A stretch of 64,000 nucleotides of DNA from Clavelina lepadiformis (Eukaryota), in assembly GCF_947623445.1 (NCBI RefSeq), contig NC_135248.1, positions 2,726,977 to 2,790,976 of the forward strand, in the 5' to 3' direction. Below, in pieces: positions 46,721 to 58,207 of the stretch. Both the position numbers and the translations under genes were made by a program. The notes under the pieces were generated by a model, which was not told the DNA's origin, did not search any database, and was given only the letters and a program-made list of their open reading frames with translations. Numbering within the stretch: position 1 is the first letter of the stretch; every line of letters starts with the position of its first letter.

Positions 46721-47093
46721 CTGAAATTAAGTAACATAACTCGGATGTAGTTTGGCAAATATAAAATACTTCAGGTGACAACATTTAAGTGATTATAAAT
46801 AATAAAGTATGAGAACTGTACAAGTACAAAGTAAAAACATAACCGCCAAGACAAAAACGATATGCTGAATGGTTTTATGTCTTCTTGCTCCTCTAGTGTT
46901 GTCTTTGTGGTATGCTTTTGTATAGCTTTTTATCAAGTTTTAAAAGCGATTGCCTTTAGGACGGTGTGCGCAAACACTAAAGACGAGTCATGATTATTCG
47001 CCACGCAGCACACAAAAGAAAAAATGAGATACAGACTTTAGTTCACAAACCTAAGACTAATAAGTTAAAGCGCACATTTTTTTAAGCACACAC

Positions 47094-47237
47094 CTTTCCA
47101 CTATGTCAAGGCATGACATGCCATCCTGACCGCCAACCGCATACAGGAAACCATCCAAAACAGCCACACCAACACTGGTTCGACATGTACTGGTTGGTGT
47201 CACATCACATGACCACTGGTTTGTTTGTGGATCATAC
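47094..47237 (-). CDS. KLHL20: KLHL20 exon 7: kelch repeat 3 ([47 protein letters not shown])
   Basis: Anchored on minus ORF 47057..47263. tatttag acceptor at 47238-47239 and AG|GTGTGT donor at 47092-47093. Confidence 0.8.
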
Positions 47238-47809
47238 CTAAATACGAAAAATGTGGTAAGCACATGAAGTTAACATCTATGGCATCTTTCACCATCCAGC
47301 TGAACTAATCTTAAACAACTTATTGTTTGTTGTTGTCACCATGTTACTGAAGCATTAAGTGTACTTCACCTATCAGCTTTTAATTATCACACTGCATCAG
47401 TGGCCAAATTTAACTGTAACACATAATTTTTCCATTTGTTTTATTATTATTTGCATGTTGGGTTTAGTGGCCGTGCTAACCATTGATCGCCTTTATGTTG
47501 TGTTAACATCATTCTTGCACGTTTTAAGCCCTTGGGCTTGGCTGCTTTTTCCCGTCATTGTCTGCTGGCTGAATTGTGATTTTTCTACGTGATAATGTTT
47601 AGCATTTCATTTCCCGTTCCCCGATTGACAATGAAAAAAGATAAACGATAAGATATGATTTACTGTAGAGAAATCGTAGTGTATTTAAAATGTTTTCCTC
47701 TATTGCTATCACCTTTGGCATAGAGCATTATGTCTAATGTTAGTTAGTGGTGGGGGAAGAAAGTACTTTAAATGTAATCTCTGGCAAGAATAGACTGTTC
47801 CTGTGATAC

Positions 47810-47987
47810 CTCTCAACACTATTCAGATAAGATGTTCCATCATGGCCACCAACTGCGTAGAGTAAATCATCCAGAACAGAGACACCCACACCACAACGAC
47901 GTTTGTTCATTTGAGCCACCAAACGCCACTCCCTATTTTCAGGGCAGTATCTTTCAACCGAGCTAATTGCGTCGCCGCTGCACCAAC
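47810..47987 (-). CDS. KLHL20: KLHL20 exon 6: kelch repeat 2 ([58 protein letters not shown])
   Basis: Anchored on minus ORF 47740..48018. atgcag acceptor at 47988-47989 and AG|GTATCA donor at 47808-47809. Near-identical to human residues [58 protein letters not shown]. Confidence 0.85.
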
Positions 47988-48061
47988 CTGCATAGAAATA
48001 ACAACAACTGTACTCCATAAAACTGGTTCGGGGAGGTTCGAACAGACTTGAAGTGGTTTAC

Positions 48062-48275
48062 CTCCAACTGCAAACAAGACCTCCCTTGTGATTGGTCTTC
48101 TTGGTCTTGTACGTGGCCCTTGCATGAGTGGGCGTTCCTGAGGAAGCAACATGTAATTCTTTGCTTCATCCACAAGATCGCGACACTGTTCATCATTGTG
48201 AATAAACGGGTCACTGTCAACAACTCCAACAAGAAACTTAGGGGTGAGTAGAGGCAAACGGACATGCTGTAACAC
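48062..48275 (-). CDS. KLHL20: KLHL20 exon 5: BACK domain end and kelch repeat 1 start ([72 protein letters not shown])
   Basis: Anchored on minus ORF 47907..48275. ttgtaacag acceptor at 48276-48277 and G|GTAAAC donor at 48060-48061. Confidence 0.85.
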
Positions 48276-48344
48276 CTGTTACAATATGTAGGTTTACTTA
48301 TAAGTTGCTTTAAAGGCAGGTACGATGGGTGACTACTAACTCGC

Positions 48345-48503
48345 CTTCGGTAGTATGGGGCGTCTGTCTTTCAGATCATGCTTCATCCAGGCAATAACTG
48401 CTTTGTAAACATGCTCTTCAGAACGCACATTTAAGTCATCTGAGCTTAAAATTTCAATCAACTGGTCCACTGGCAGTAGTCGAAACTCTTCACTCTCCTT
48501 TAC
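48345..48503 (-). CDS. KLHL20: KLHL20 exon 4: BACK domain ([53 protein letters not shown])
   Basis: Anchored on minus ORF 48336..48578. tgtgcag acceptor at 48504-48505. The only splice site compatible with the reading frame before the in-frame stop is AAG|GCGAGT at 48343-48344, a GC-AG intron. Confidence 0.75.
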
Positions 48504-48726
48504 CTGCACATGCAGAACATCAACGCAGTGATTGTTTCTATAAGATAAGTTATACACAGCATATCCAGTTTCATACACTGTGGTATAAATTGTGGTGTAG
48601 GAAATGGAGAAATTGTGTACTTAACCTATTGATATTTGCAGCAAACAATAAACAATAACAGCTTACAAATATACATCATAGCAAACACAAACATCTACAG
48701 CACATGAAAAAAAGAAAGCGTTTAAC

Positions 48727-48860
48727 CTCCTGAAAGTTGGCTTGGGTGAATTTGTCGGCAACTTTAAGTAGTTCCTTGCATGAGTGGGTGTCAGCAAAAG
48801 CCCGTATCCCCAAGCAATTTGTGGGGTCAAGTTGACGCTTGAGAAACTCACTACAGATCT
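48727..48860 (-). CDS. KLHL20: KLHL20 exon 3: [45 protein letters not shown]
   Basis: ttaag acceptor at 48861-48862 and GAG|GTTAAA donor at 48725-48726. Human: [45 protein letters not shown]. Confidence 0.8.
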
Positions 48861-49096
48861 CTTAACAAACAAATCAATCACTGAAAAACCAGTTTCTTGT
48901 CTAATATGTCATTGAGCACTAATTAAAAACATTAGCAACTAAAATATATGATATATGGAATGCAACTGGAGTATTGACATCTCATGGCAGAATGTAGAAG
49001 AACTACACTACACAAAATCATAAATTAAACAAGAATTACTTTTCATGACACATTACAGGCTACTGCAATAGATTTTGCTCGAAGTCTTCAGCCTAC

Positions 49097-49277
49097 CTTG
49101 TATTTCCATCATTTGCAGTAAGCAAGCGGCAGGCAAGAGTGACTGTACGTTGCTCTCCTCAACGGTAATTTGTGAGGTGTATGCAAAATCGACGAGTAGT
49201 TCCATCGCCCTCTCTTCAATGTTATGAATTGCTATTTCTGTCTGATGCACCTCAGCTAATTCGACAGTAAACATCGC
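49097..49277 (-). CDS. KLHL20: KLHL20 exon 2: BTB domain ([60 protein letters not shown])
   Basis: Anchored on minus ORF 49053..49274. tttttag acceptor at 49278-49279 and G|GTAGGC donor at 49095-49096. Confidence 0.85.
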
Positions 49278-49646
49278 CTAAAAACAAAACTGACTATTCC
49301 GAAAAACTTCACACAAAATTATGAGAAAGAGCAATGTAGTTCATTAACTCTAATTGGGATGATAACAGCCAAAGATCATTGTTAAGACCAAAGATCATAG
49401 AATATTGTAAAAATCAGTAGAGTATAAACTACAGCGGTAAATGGACATAATGAACAACAAATTGTAGCGCTTCCCACTCATTCCGCTAGATAACAGCACG
49501 ACACAATGTTTACTTGCCGAAAAAGTTTGTGTGTTTTCTTTCGTTTCCCTTTAAGATTTTACAGACCTGTTCTAGATAATTACATTGCGTAAAAACAGTT
49601 TTTCATGCCGGAAGCACTTAAACAAAGAAAAAATAAAAAGACTCAC

Positions 49647-49898
49647 ATGAAAATAAGGAGAAGCAGCAGCAAGCACAACTCTATGAGCATACAGCTTCGT
49701 ATTACCAATCACCAAAACCACGTCCCAAAGAAGCTCCCTTTTGCGAAGAACATTTAACGATTCCAGCATCCGGCGTGGATGTTTCTCGGATGCATGGAAC
49801 ATGGAGGAAGGATGGGAATTGTTGCTGCTCGAGGATGTCTTATTGCATGCCGAAGTGATGTCAATTGACATTGGAGTTCCATGATCCGCATACATCAT
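49647..49898 (-). CDS. KLHL20: KLHL20 exon 1: start codon and BTB domain start (MMYADHGTPMSIDITSACNKTSSSSNNSHPSSMFHASEKHPRRMLESLNVLRKRELLWDVVLVIGNTKLYAHRVVLAAASPYFH)
   Basis: ATG at 49896-49898 (minus) and CAT|GTGAGT donor at 49641-49646. Human: [45 protein letters not shown]. Confidence 0.8.
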
Positions 49899-50499
49899 AG
49901 TCGCAATACAAAGTAGTGGACGTGCACCTTACCATCAATATTAGAGCTATGCTGAAACGTTCCAAACGCACCAATCAGTAGGCTATATACCTGTTGAAAA
50001 AAAAAAACAACTTTTTTGCATGCTAAACGAAATAGTAAGAACACGAGTAATAGATAAGTGAGAATACGGCAGAAAAAATGTGAAAAAGCAGAAAAAATGC
50101 GAAAAAGCAGAAAAAATGTTTACAAAATGTGAAACATATGTAATTACCGTCAGGAAGCACAAAAGGCAATTAATGCAATATTATCAGTTAGCTAAAGTTA
50201 AGGAAAAACTTATTAATCCAGAAATAAGGAAAGAATATCAATATCTCTTTTGGTTAGATCTTTCAAAGTTGTTGCAAGAATGTCGTCTGAATAGTAGTAG
50301 TTGAAAACACATATCATATAAACATAATAAAACTGTCATTACTAGAGTATACTGATGTACCTAGCAAGAAATTTTTAGGCATTAGTAAAGTGGATGATGA
50401 CTCTTATATGAACAGATGCAGTCATGAAATACTTACAGTACCTACCCAGGGTAGCAAAGCCTTAATATTTAGCATGATAAATAACAAAATTTGAAAGGT

Positions 50500-51435
50500 C
50501 TAACAAAAGTCCTTCTCTCTAAGACGATCAATATGTGCACAGAGTTTTAACGCGGGACCAAGCGGAAAATTCATGGAGCTTACTAAATGCTCCTCATGCA
50601 AAAGCAATAAAGCAGAACCATCAATTTCTTGGGCTCGAAAATCTGCTGCATATTGAACAGCATCGGGAAGAGAACGCATGTAATTCCACACATCATCAAC
50701 AGACCACTGTCCCGGTTGAACGGGCTTGCCACCAAGATACGGAACAGTTGGTTCTGGGGATGGAGTTGGACTGTAACTGAAAACTGATGCACTATCGCTG
50801 CTACTGAACTTGTCATCATCAGAAAACGAATTGCTGCCAGACAGGCTCTGTGAAGATGAAAGTACATCCTCTTCCTTTTTAGCTACATAGCTAGGTCTGC
50901 CACGACGTGGCTTGTTTGATAACGATGATAGATTCCTGATTCTGGACTTGCCTCTCCTTGAAACATGATTGTTTTGCCATAGTTTATTGTATGAATGCAC
51001 TCCACCTGTAATACGGGTCTTGTATTTACGAGCACACTTAAGTGAGCAAAACTGCTGACTTGGGCTTGAAAACTTTACTCGAGGTCCAGAGAAGCCACAT
51101 TGCTCGCAGGTGGCAACTGCCACCTCAATATTGTCTTGATTGTCAACATTCATTTTTTCGTCATCTTCTGACTTCATGTCCTTTTCTCGTTGCAAAATTT
51201 CTTGTTGCCTTTTTCTGATCAAGGACAGCTGATGATTGGACAAACCACAGTTTCTGGTTGGTGTAAATGGTGTCAGAGATTCTTCAAAGACAAACCCATC
51301 GATTATATGAGTAATTATATGCTGTTTAACTTCAGGAATCCTTTTGTTGTTATTTTCCGCGTTATCTTGAATTTGGTATGCATCGTTATCGTTGACATTG
51401 TCTACTTGGGACACTGAAGTAAGAGTTGTTTCCAT
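50500..51435 (-). CDS. Intronless 311-aa protein with an FCS-type zinc finger and C-terminal SAM domain (polyhomeotic / Scm-like Polycomb-group architecture)
   Basis: ATG-initiated 936-nt ORF. CEQCGFSGPRVKFSSPSQQFCSLKCARKY fits the FCS zinc finger (C-x2-C...C-x3-C with FCS...CA). The C-terminus (WSVDDVWNYMRSLPDAVQYAADFRAQEIDGSALLLLHEEHLVSSMNFPLGPALKLCAHIDRL) has the SAM-domain hydrophobic pattern including the GxALLLL core. Ser-rich low-complexity linker. Confidence 0.65.
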   Translation of the reverse strand: METTLTSVSQVDNVNDNDAYQIQDNAENNNKRIPEVKQHIITHIIDGFVFEESLTPFTPTRNCGLSNHQLSLIRKRQQEILQREKDMKSEDDEKMNVDNQDNIEVAVATCEQCGFSGPRVKFSSPSQQFCSLKCARKYKTRITGGVHSYNKLWQNNHVSRRGKSRIRNLSSLSNKPRRGRPSYVAKKEEDVLSSSQSLSGSNSFSDDDKFSSSDSASVFSYSPTPSPEPTVPYLGGKPVQPGQWSVDDVWNYMRSLPDAVQYAADFRAQEIDGSALLLLHEEHLVSSMNFPLGPALKLCAHIDRLREKDFC

Positions 51436-54400
51436 TTTATTTTACAGAATCTTTTTAAACACTATAAAAACTACACTGCAAAATAATGAATATTTTTAAC
51501 TAACAACCTCTCCATGACCTAAAGTGAGAAAGAGATAAGAAACACGCATGCGTGTGAGATTTCAACATCATCACAATGCAGTGTGTTATCTAAGTGGTTA
51601 ATTCACCAATACATCAAACACAGAATTTTTCAATCCAAACTTGAACACAACATATATAAATGCAAAAAGCAAGTTAAAATTGGTATTACAACTTTTCATG
51701 GTATGTGTATATGTTAGATGTAAATATGAACAGAATAAACATTTGAGTAGTGAATGATGTGTTAGCGCTAAAACAAAAATTCAATAGAATTTGGGCTGCT
51801 ACTGAAAAATATGCCAAGTACTGTGCATGGTATTGTCACCACAATTGTCTTGCTCGTAATTGCCATCTTTTTTAGACCTGCCGGTTTGAAGCAGGAAATC
51901 ACCTGTTTTCACCTCAATCATTTGGAGCGAGCAGCAATCGCTCTTCTTGAGAATGCAATATGGGCAGATTTTTAACCTTGCAAATGTTGATAGCCGAATT
52001 GTCAAAAAATTTACAGATTAACATATTTTCATTAAGTTTTCAAAGTGTTGCCTATCTTCTGGTTATGAGATCTTTTGATGGTCTTGGAGTTCTAAGTATA
52101 GATTTTATAACAAGACAACTGTTTTCCACAACTTGAACGTTACCTAAATTTTTTGCGTCAAACTTCATGTTTGCTAGCGTGCTAAAACGTTCCATGTAAC
52201 ATTAGCCAAGATACATCTGAAACAATGATGACAAAACAAATGCTGACGAGTTGTTTAATTTTAGGCTACTATAAATGTTTTTGTTAACAACTCATGAAAC
52301 TAAAGAGACGACAGCTTTAGAAAATCAAACCGTAAAAATTTTTTTATGAAAAGTTTGGCAAGAACAGTACAAAGCGCTTTCAAAAAGCAGTGCACAATTG
52401 AACGCCTGACATCAACAAAGATATTCACTGCTTGCTTGCCAAAAATAAAGTACTAGTTGTCATGTGTTGTTTAATCCACACGGAAAAGCAGTTTACCCAA
52501 TGCTATGCAAGATTTGTTTGTAGCAAAATCGGTGCACCGCTTTGAGTTACACTTTATGCTGTCCTGTAGTAAAGAATGGTTTTGCTCACGGAAGCAATAG
52601 GGTGCCAATACCATCCTGTAACCCCCCGTTAGTCGGCGCCCATGATTATTAGCATGAGACAATAAACGGGAAAAAGTGACCACGTCGAAAAGGCTTGTGC
52701 TCAAAAAAAATTAAGGTACCGAATAATTTTGTTTGGAAGAAAAATGAATTTTTCTATAAATAAATTTAGCAATGCTACCTAATTGTGATTTAATTCAAAA
52801 ATACCATAAACAGGCAGTAAAAAGTTTTGTTGATATAATAAGCAATGGAATTCATAGTGAATGTCTCAGCATGAAGAAACCTGTAACTAAACTAAATGAA
52901 GTTTATTCATCATTGCATAGAAAAAGTCTGTGAACAATTTCTTTGGTATATAATAAGCGATGGACTAGTAACCAAATGTTGTAATCTTTTATTGCTTAGG
53001 TTGGTATTGAGTTAAAGTTGAAGTTCATGGTTACATGATTATAGCTCGAGTTGTTTTGGCTCTATTCAATGGGTCTTGTATCTATATCGATTGTGAAATC
53101 TTCCACAGCCAGAAATCTGATGTTATTGAACTTGCATTCAACTCGACAAAGTTTGTCCATATAAATGTTCACTTTATTGATATCGTAATACATATAAATA
53201 TTATATACATATATATTCGTTTTGAAACAACAATATTTGATATTTATTTGAAACACAACATATGTATTTGTGTTTCTATTATTAGACTGTGTGGTTATAC
53301 GCATTTACATTGAAACAATTCGCGGAACATCTCTTTAGATATTTCATTGCATGCGACCGGTGAGGGCAGCACAATGAAATACTCTGATCGCTTTCTCAGG
53401 CTTTTGTAAAATCGCAATATTTAATGCTTAAAAGCAGCAACATGTCTATACCTTTAAAAGACTCTTGTAGGTTTCCGAAATCTTCCTTGTACAAGGCAAG
53501 AGTGATTGAGAAAATCACAACCTTGCAAAAAGTTGAGACTGGTTACCACTCTTCATTTTTCGCTGTTGATTTCTAGAACAGCTAAGTTTTCAACAATTCT
53601 TTGTACTATACCAGACAAATAACATTGTGCATATTTTAGTTATTTATGAATTTTGAATTTAATGAAGGACATAGATAAATGAACTAGATTACTAGACTAC
53701 ATCTTAGTGATCTTCCCAGGAAGCACATCAATATGAGAAAGCCAACAAAACTTCTATTTGAAACGTCTGGTGTAGGCAATACGTAACATAAATGTATGAT
53801 AGACAAACCCCCGCACTCTAGGATGTGTTTACCAAACTGAGCCAAGCAAAGTAGTAAGGAACTAAGGATAAACGATAACGCAAATTAAAGTAAAACGTTA
53901 TAAAAAAAAACATAAAATTCTTTTATATTAATTCGGATAGGCTACTTTGTGTGGCTTTGGCCGCCACCAATCCAACAGTTTTAGACGTCAAGGAGTCGAA
54001 AATTAAAAAATGCTATAATGCGATGAATAAAAACGCTTGCAGCTGCAAATGCAGAATTTTGATCTTTATGTCGAGATGAAAGCGATGCAAAGTGCGTTTC
54101 GAGATGAAAGATTCTAATAAAACTTTTCCGACTAAACCAAATTTTGACTTCCCAGATAAAGGTTGAAAAAACCTTAATATAGTTTAAAAACGCAACATGG
54201 TAATTGCATGAAAGGTTACAAGTTGTGAACTTGTGTCTCACAACGTTACTTATAATTATTTTTTCCAGAGCGTACATGACGTTGTTGTGAGCTGGTTTGT
54301 CGTAGTTGTCATGTTGTTTGCTGACTGCCTGTATTAGCTAAAACTTAGAGACTTTGCTGAAAAAAGGCCGGTGATTGGAGCGTTCAATTAGTAGATTCAT

Positions 54401-56276
54401 CTTGAAAAATTAAACTTTTTATCATTATAGAGCTTTTAAATATACTACATCACTAAAGGACGCATATAGAACGAATAGATGAATAAATAATAAATACATG
54501 CTTTTGATTTCTATGTGTATTTTAAATGGGAAACTACTGTATAGTAGTTAGGGAAGTACCGTTTATTCTTAATCATAAGTTGTTTGGTTTTGGTCTCGTG
54601 ATTGTGTTCATTCATCACCTTAAAGCGGAAAGACAGTTATTTATAACTATTTTGGATCATGTGGTAGACTATATTCCTGTTTGGACTTATTTGAGCCATG
54701 TTGCATCAGTTGGATAAGAAGTAAAGCTCCTCTAAACGATGATGTGTCCAAAAGTGTCTAACGCTCCAATCACAATCTGCATCGGTGTGCCCATGGTACC
54801 ACGAAAAAGTTTGCAGCAATATATAGTGGTCCGATGTAAACTATTTCCAACGAGAGATCGACGGCAAGCGTTTTTGCCTGTCTTTTATTACCTATAGTCG
54901 TTTGTGATATCTGAATGCTTATACTTGATTCTGTAAAGTTAATTAAATATATTTTTAACAGTAGGATATTAATATTGTCCTTCAATTCAGATTGGAAAGT
55001 TTTCTAAGTGCGCGGAAGATTAAAATTAGCTGCGCATATAATTGCTTTATCCTGTTGCGCTTTGCTAATTGCTTTGCGCTGGGCATTCATCTCACCCAAA
55101 AACAGCAAACTTTCCAATCTGGCTTGCAATGTGTAATTAAACAATAATAGCTTAAATTATTACATTTACTATAGAATACGTAGATTAGATGATGTATAAC
55201 TTGTTGTATTTGCTGGTCTAACATAAAGTTTTGAGTAGAATATTCCAGTGGAACATGTCTCAAGGTATTGCTTTGTGTACTACTTTAAAACTATTACAAT
55301 TTGTCTATAAATATCTCACTATTTATGATTATCGTACAGGATACCACAAAACTGATGGCCCTGGTCCTGACATGAATGACATTGATAGAGGTGATGTTTG
55401 TTCTTCTCAGAGCTTAAACGAAATGAGATACCGGCCTGGTATGGATGGTGAAAACCTTGTTGTTGCACTTAGCTGCTGGCCCACCTTTGTATGCGTAAAT
55501 TAAATCAGTCAACATTATGGGTTATGCCGCTATTTTGTAACCAATTGGAATTTTAATTTCAATTGCAATTTTAGGCTGACCAATTGAAACTCATGAAACT
55601 GTTGGTTTTAGTTGTTTGTTACTCAACTATAAAAATTTGTGTACACATTTAATAGTTTTTTCAAGAATTCTTCAAATATTAACATAACTTGAAAGATAAA
55701 AGATATTACTGACAGTCTAAAATTTAATCTAACTCTATTCTCTAATGTAAATCCAAAAACATTAAATTCAACTTGTTAGTTGTATATTTTTATCCATATG
55801 AAACTAACTGTTCATTGGTGTCTTTGAAAACATCCTACTTTAACCAACTTTTGTTGGAATAGACCTTCCCTGTTTTTAACTATAAAGATATATAATCTGA
55901 TATATAATTGGAAGTTTTCTAACATGTTTAAATAATCAGAAATTAGAGAAGTACTTCTTAGGGGTAATAATAAGACTTACTACCATCAACATTTTTGCAA
56001 TTTTTCAACGTAATCACTGGAAACTGTTGCCTTTGTTTTATTTTAAAAGGTGGTATCATGTTGTATATTTATGCTTAAAAAATGCATGGCAATTTTTGAC
56101 TACATGGATTCAAAAATTGTGTAATACTTGCAGAAAACAATCATTCAGTTATCACCCAGTCCTAGACAGATAGGTTTTGTGGTATCCTGTTAACTTTAAT
56201 AAAGTTAACATAAAGTAGTTATGTATATATGTATACATGTACATCATTAATAGCAAAACATATATACTTTACATGA

Positions 56277-56564
56277 ATGTACGATGCATATCATACACTT
56301 TGCTTTCAAGGTTACCCACCACCAGGTTATGGCTCACCCCAACAAGGTGGTTACCCACCACCACAGCAAGGTTACGGTCAACCCCAAGTGGGTTTCGCTC
56401 CCCAGCAGGGGGGATATCCCCCACCACAGGGAGGCTACCCTCCGCCACAAGGTGGTTATGCTCCTCAGCCAGGTTACGGAGGCGCTCCACCCCAGCAACA
56501 ACAGCAGTGGATGCCGCAACCTCAGATACCTGGCTGTCCAAGAGGATTGGAATATTTGTCCCAG
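56277..56564 (+). CDS. PLSCR: Phospholipid scramblase first coding exon: Pro/Gln/Gly/Tyr-rich N-terminus ending ...PGCPRGLEYLSQ
   Basis: ATG at 56277 with an in-frame TGA immediately upstream. Contains PQQGGYPPP-type repeats. CPRGLEYLSQ matches PLSCR1 CPPGLEYLSQ. CAG|GTTACA donor at 56565. A tgctttcaag at 56301-56310 could alternatively be an acceptor, so the true start may lie upstream. Confidence 0.65.
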
Positions 56565-56721
56565 GTTACATTTGCTAAATCTAGTAGCCATGTTGGACTA
56601 CAAGTATTTAATATATTGTCTTTTAGCATGTGGCATTAAACAGTGTTTAATTGTATATTTGTTGAAAATAAATAGAACTGTTGCAATACCTATATGCCGG
56701 TGAATATTATTCTTCTTTTCA

Positions 56722-56764
56722 GATTGATCAGTTGCTTATTCATCAGAAGGTAGAACTTTTAGAA
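56722..56764 (+). CDS. PLSCR: Scramblase exon 2: IDQLLIHQKVELLE
   Basis: ttttcag acceptor and G|GTTTGT donor. Human: IDQILIHQQIELLE. Confidence 0.75.
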
Positions 56765-56864
56765 GGTTTGTTGTGATTTAGGATTATGAATAACCTTGTG
56801 AACGCAAGCTTGATGTGAACTTGATAAAATGAATGAGAACGATCATCATTCCTTTTTTATTTAG

Positions 56865-56961
56865 CTTTCACTGGATTCGAAACCAACAACAAGTACGAAG
56901 TGAAAAATACTCTCGGCCAAAAGGTGTATTTTGCCGTTGAAGACAACGATTGTTGTACTAG
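56865..56961 (+). CDS. PLSCR: Scramblase exon 3: [33 protein letters not shown]
   Basis: tttag acceptor and AG|GTAAGA donor. Human: [33 protein letters not shown]. Confidence 0.8.
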
Positions 56962-57308
56962 GTAAGAGCTTACAGCAGCTAGGGGATAATGCAAAGCAAG
57001 TTCATCATATTTTCAAGAGACTTACAATTAACTAAAAAGACTGTTGAAAGAATTTTAAACTTTTTCTTATTATGTAATTATTGCCTAAACTCATTGACAC
57101 ATTTGGCAGATATTTGAAATTTTGTTTCAAATGAGAGGTTATGTATAAATTGTAAGCAGCAGGCAGTGATTGGGCATAGCACAGAAATGCGTTGGATGAA
57201 TAATATATAACAGTTTGGCTCATTTTGTAAGTTATTCGCAGGTTTAGATTAAAAAAAATCCAATTTCTACTAACAGCCTGACTGTAGACAGCCTAAATTC
57301 TGTTGCAG

Positions 57309-57432
57309 ACAATGCTGTGGCCCTTGTCGTAGCTTCGACATGAAAGTAATGGATAATACACAACAGGAAGTTATTCACTTGGAAAGGCCACTACGGTGTG
57401 CCTCTTGCTGGACCCCATGTTGTCTTCAGGAG
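57309..57432 (+). CDS. PLSCR: Scramblase exon 4: QCCGPCRSFDMKVMDNTQQEVIHLERPLRCASCWTPCCLQE
   Basis: ttgcag acceptor and GAG|GTGCCT donor. Human: [41 protein letters not shown] (Cys-rich palmitoylation region conserved). Confidence 0.8.
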
Positions 57433-57712
57433 GTGCCTTTTAATTAAAATTTGTGTTTGAATATTTCTGTGAATCAGTTTATAGATATATTAGTGATTTA
57501 AATTTTTTAATGGAACAGCTTATAAAATATTCTCTGCTGCTGTAGTTACGTGAAAAAGCTTTTCATAAAGCACTATGTTTCAAAAAATACCATTTTTCGA
57601 TACTGTTTTTCAGCAATTATGCTATGTTTAGTATGAATAAGCAAAATGTACTATGCATTGTGTTTGCATTTACTTGATTAATTTTACCCAAGTGTTTTAA
57701 ACTTTATCGCAG

Positions 57713-57874
57713 ATGACAGTTACGTCGCCTCCAGGCACAGTTATTGGTTACATTGAACAAGCTTGGGACATTTTCCTTCCCAAGTTCAACATTTTGAATG
57801 AACACAAGGACTGTGTGCTTAAAATTGAAGGCCCTTGTTTCACTTGTAACGGCTGTGGGGATGTTGAGTTCAAA
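57713..57874 (+). CDS. PLSCR: Scramblase exon 5: MTVTSPPGTVIGYIEQAWDIFLPKFNILNEHKDCVLKIEGPCFTCNGCGDVEFK
   Basis: Anchored on ORF 57713..57958. atcgcag acceptor and AAA|GTGAGT donor. Human: [54 protein letters not shown]. Confidence 0.85.
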
Positions 57875-58048
57875 GTGAGTTACTTTTTACCACTTCTGTA
57901 CTTTATCGTAATCGTTAAATGCAGTTTTGTTGCTTTATATAAAGATAATACAGGATAGGGAATGTGCATCACTGTTATTTCCTAAATTGTGCTGTTAAAT
58001 TTTTTAAACCAGGTTTCAAAAAAGGTCTGTAAGGGTTTCTTTGTTTAG

Positions 58049-58207
58049 GTGATGACAAAAGATGAACAGGTAGTTGGTAAAATATCCAAGCAGTGGTCAG
58101 GTTTGGCCAAAGAAATATTCACTGATGCTGATAACTTTGGCGTTCAATTCCCAATGGACCTGGATGTAAAAGTGAAGGCAACCCTGCTTGGTTGTGTTTT
58201 CCTCATC
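58049..58207 (+). CDS. PLSCR: Scramblase exon 6: [53 protein letters not shown] (includes Ca-binding-like DADNFG segment)
   Basis: tgtttag acceptor and ATC|GTAAGT donor. Human: [52 protein letters not shown]. Confidence 0.85.

Noticed and set aside
48048-48251. Plus-strand ORF antisense to KLHL20 exon 5, and minus ORF 47963..48265 in another frame
   Set aside because: The KLHL20 frame is fixed by ~85% identity to vertebrate orthologues; overlapping frames are artefacts.
53035-53313. ORFs 53035..53313 (+) and 53062..53304 (-)
   Set aside because: Both run through an AT-rich low-complexity/microsatellite-like tract (atatatacatatat, catataaatatt); translations are Ile/Tyr/Asn-rich nonsense.
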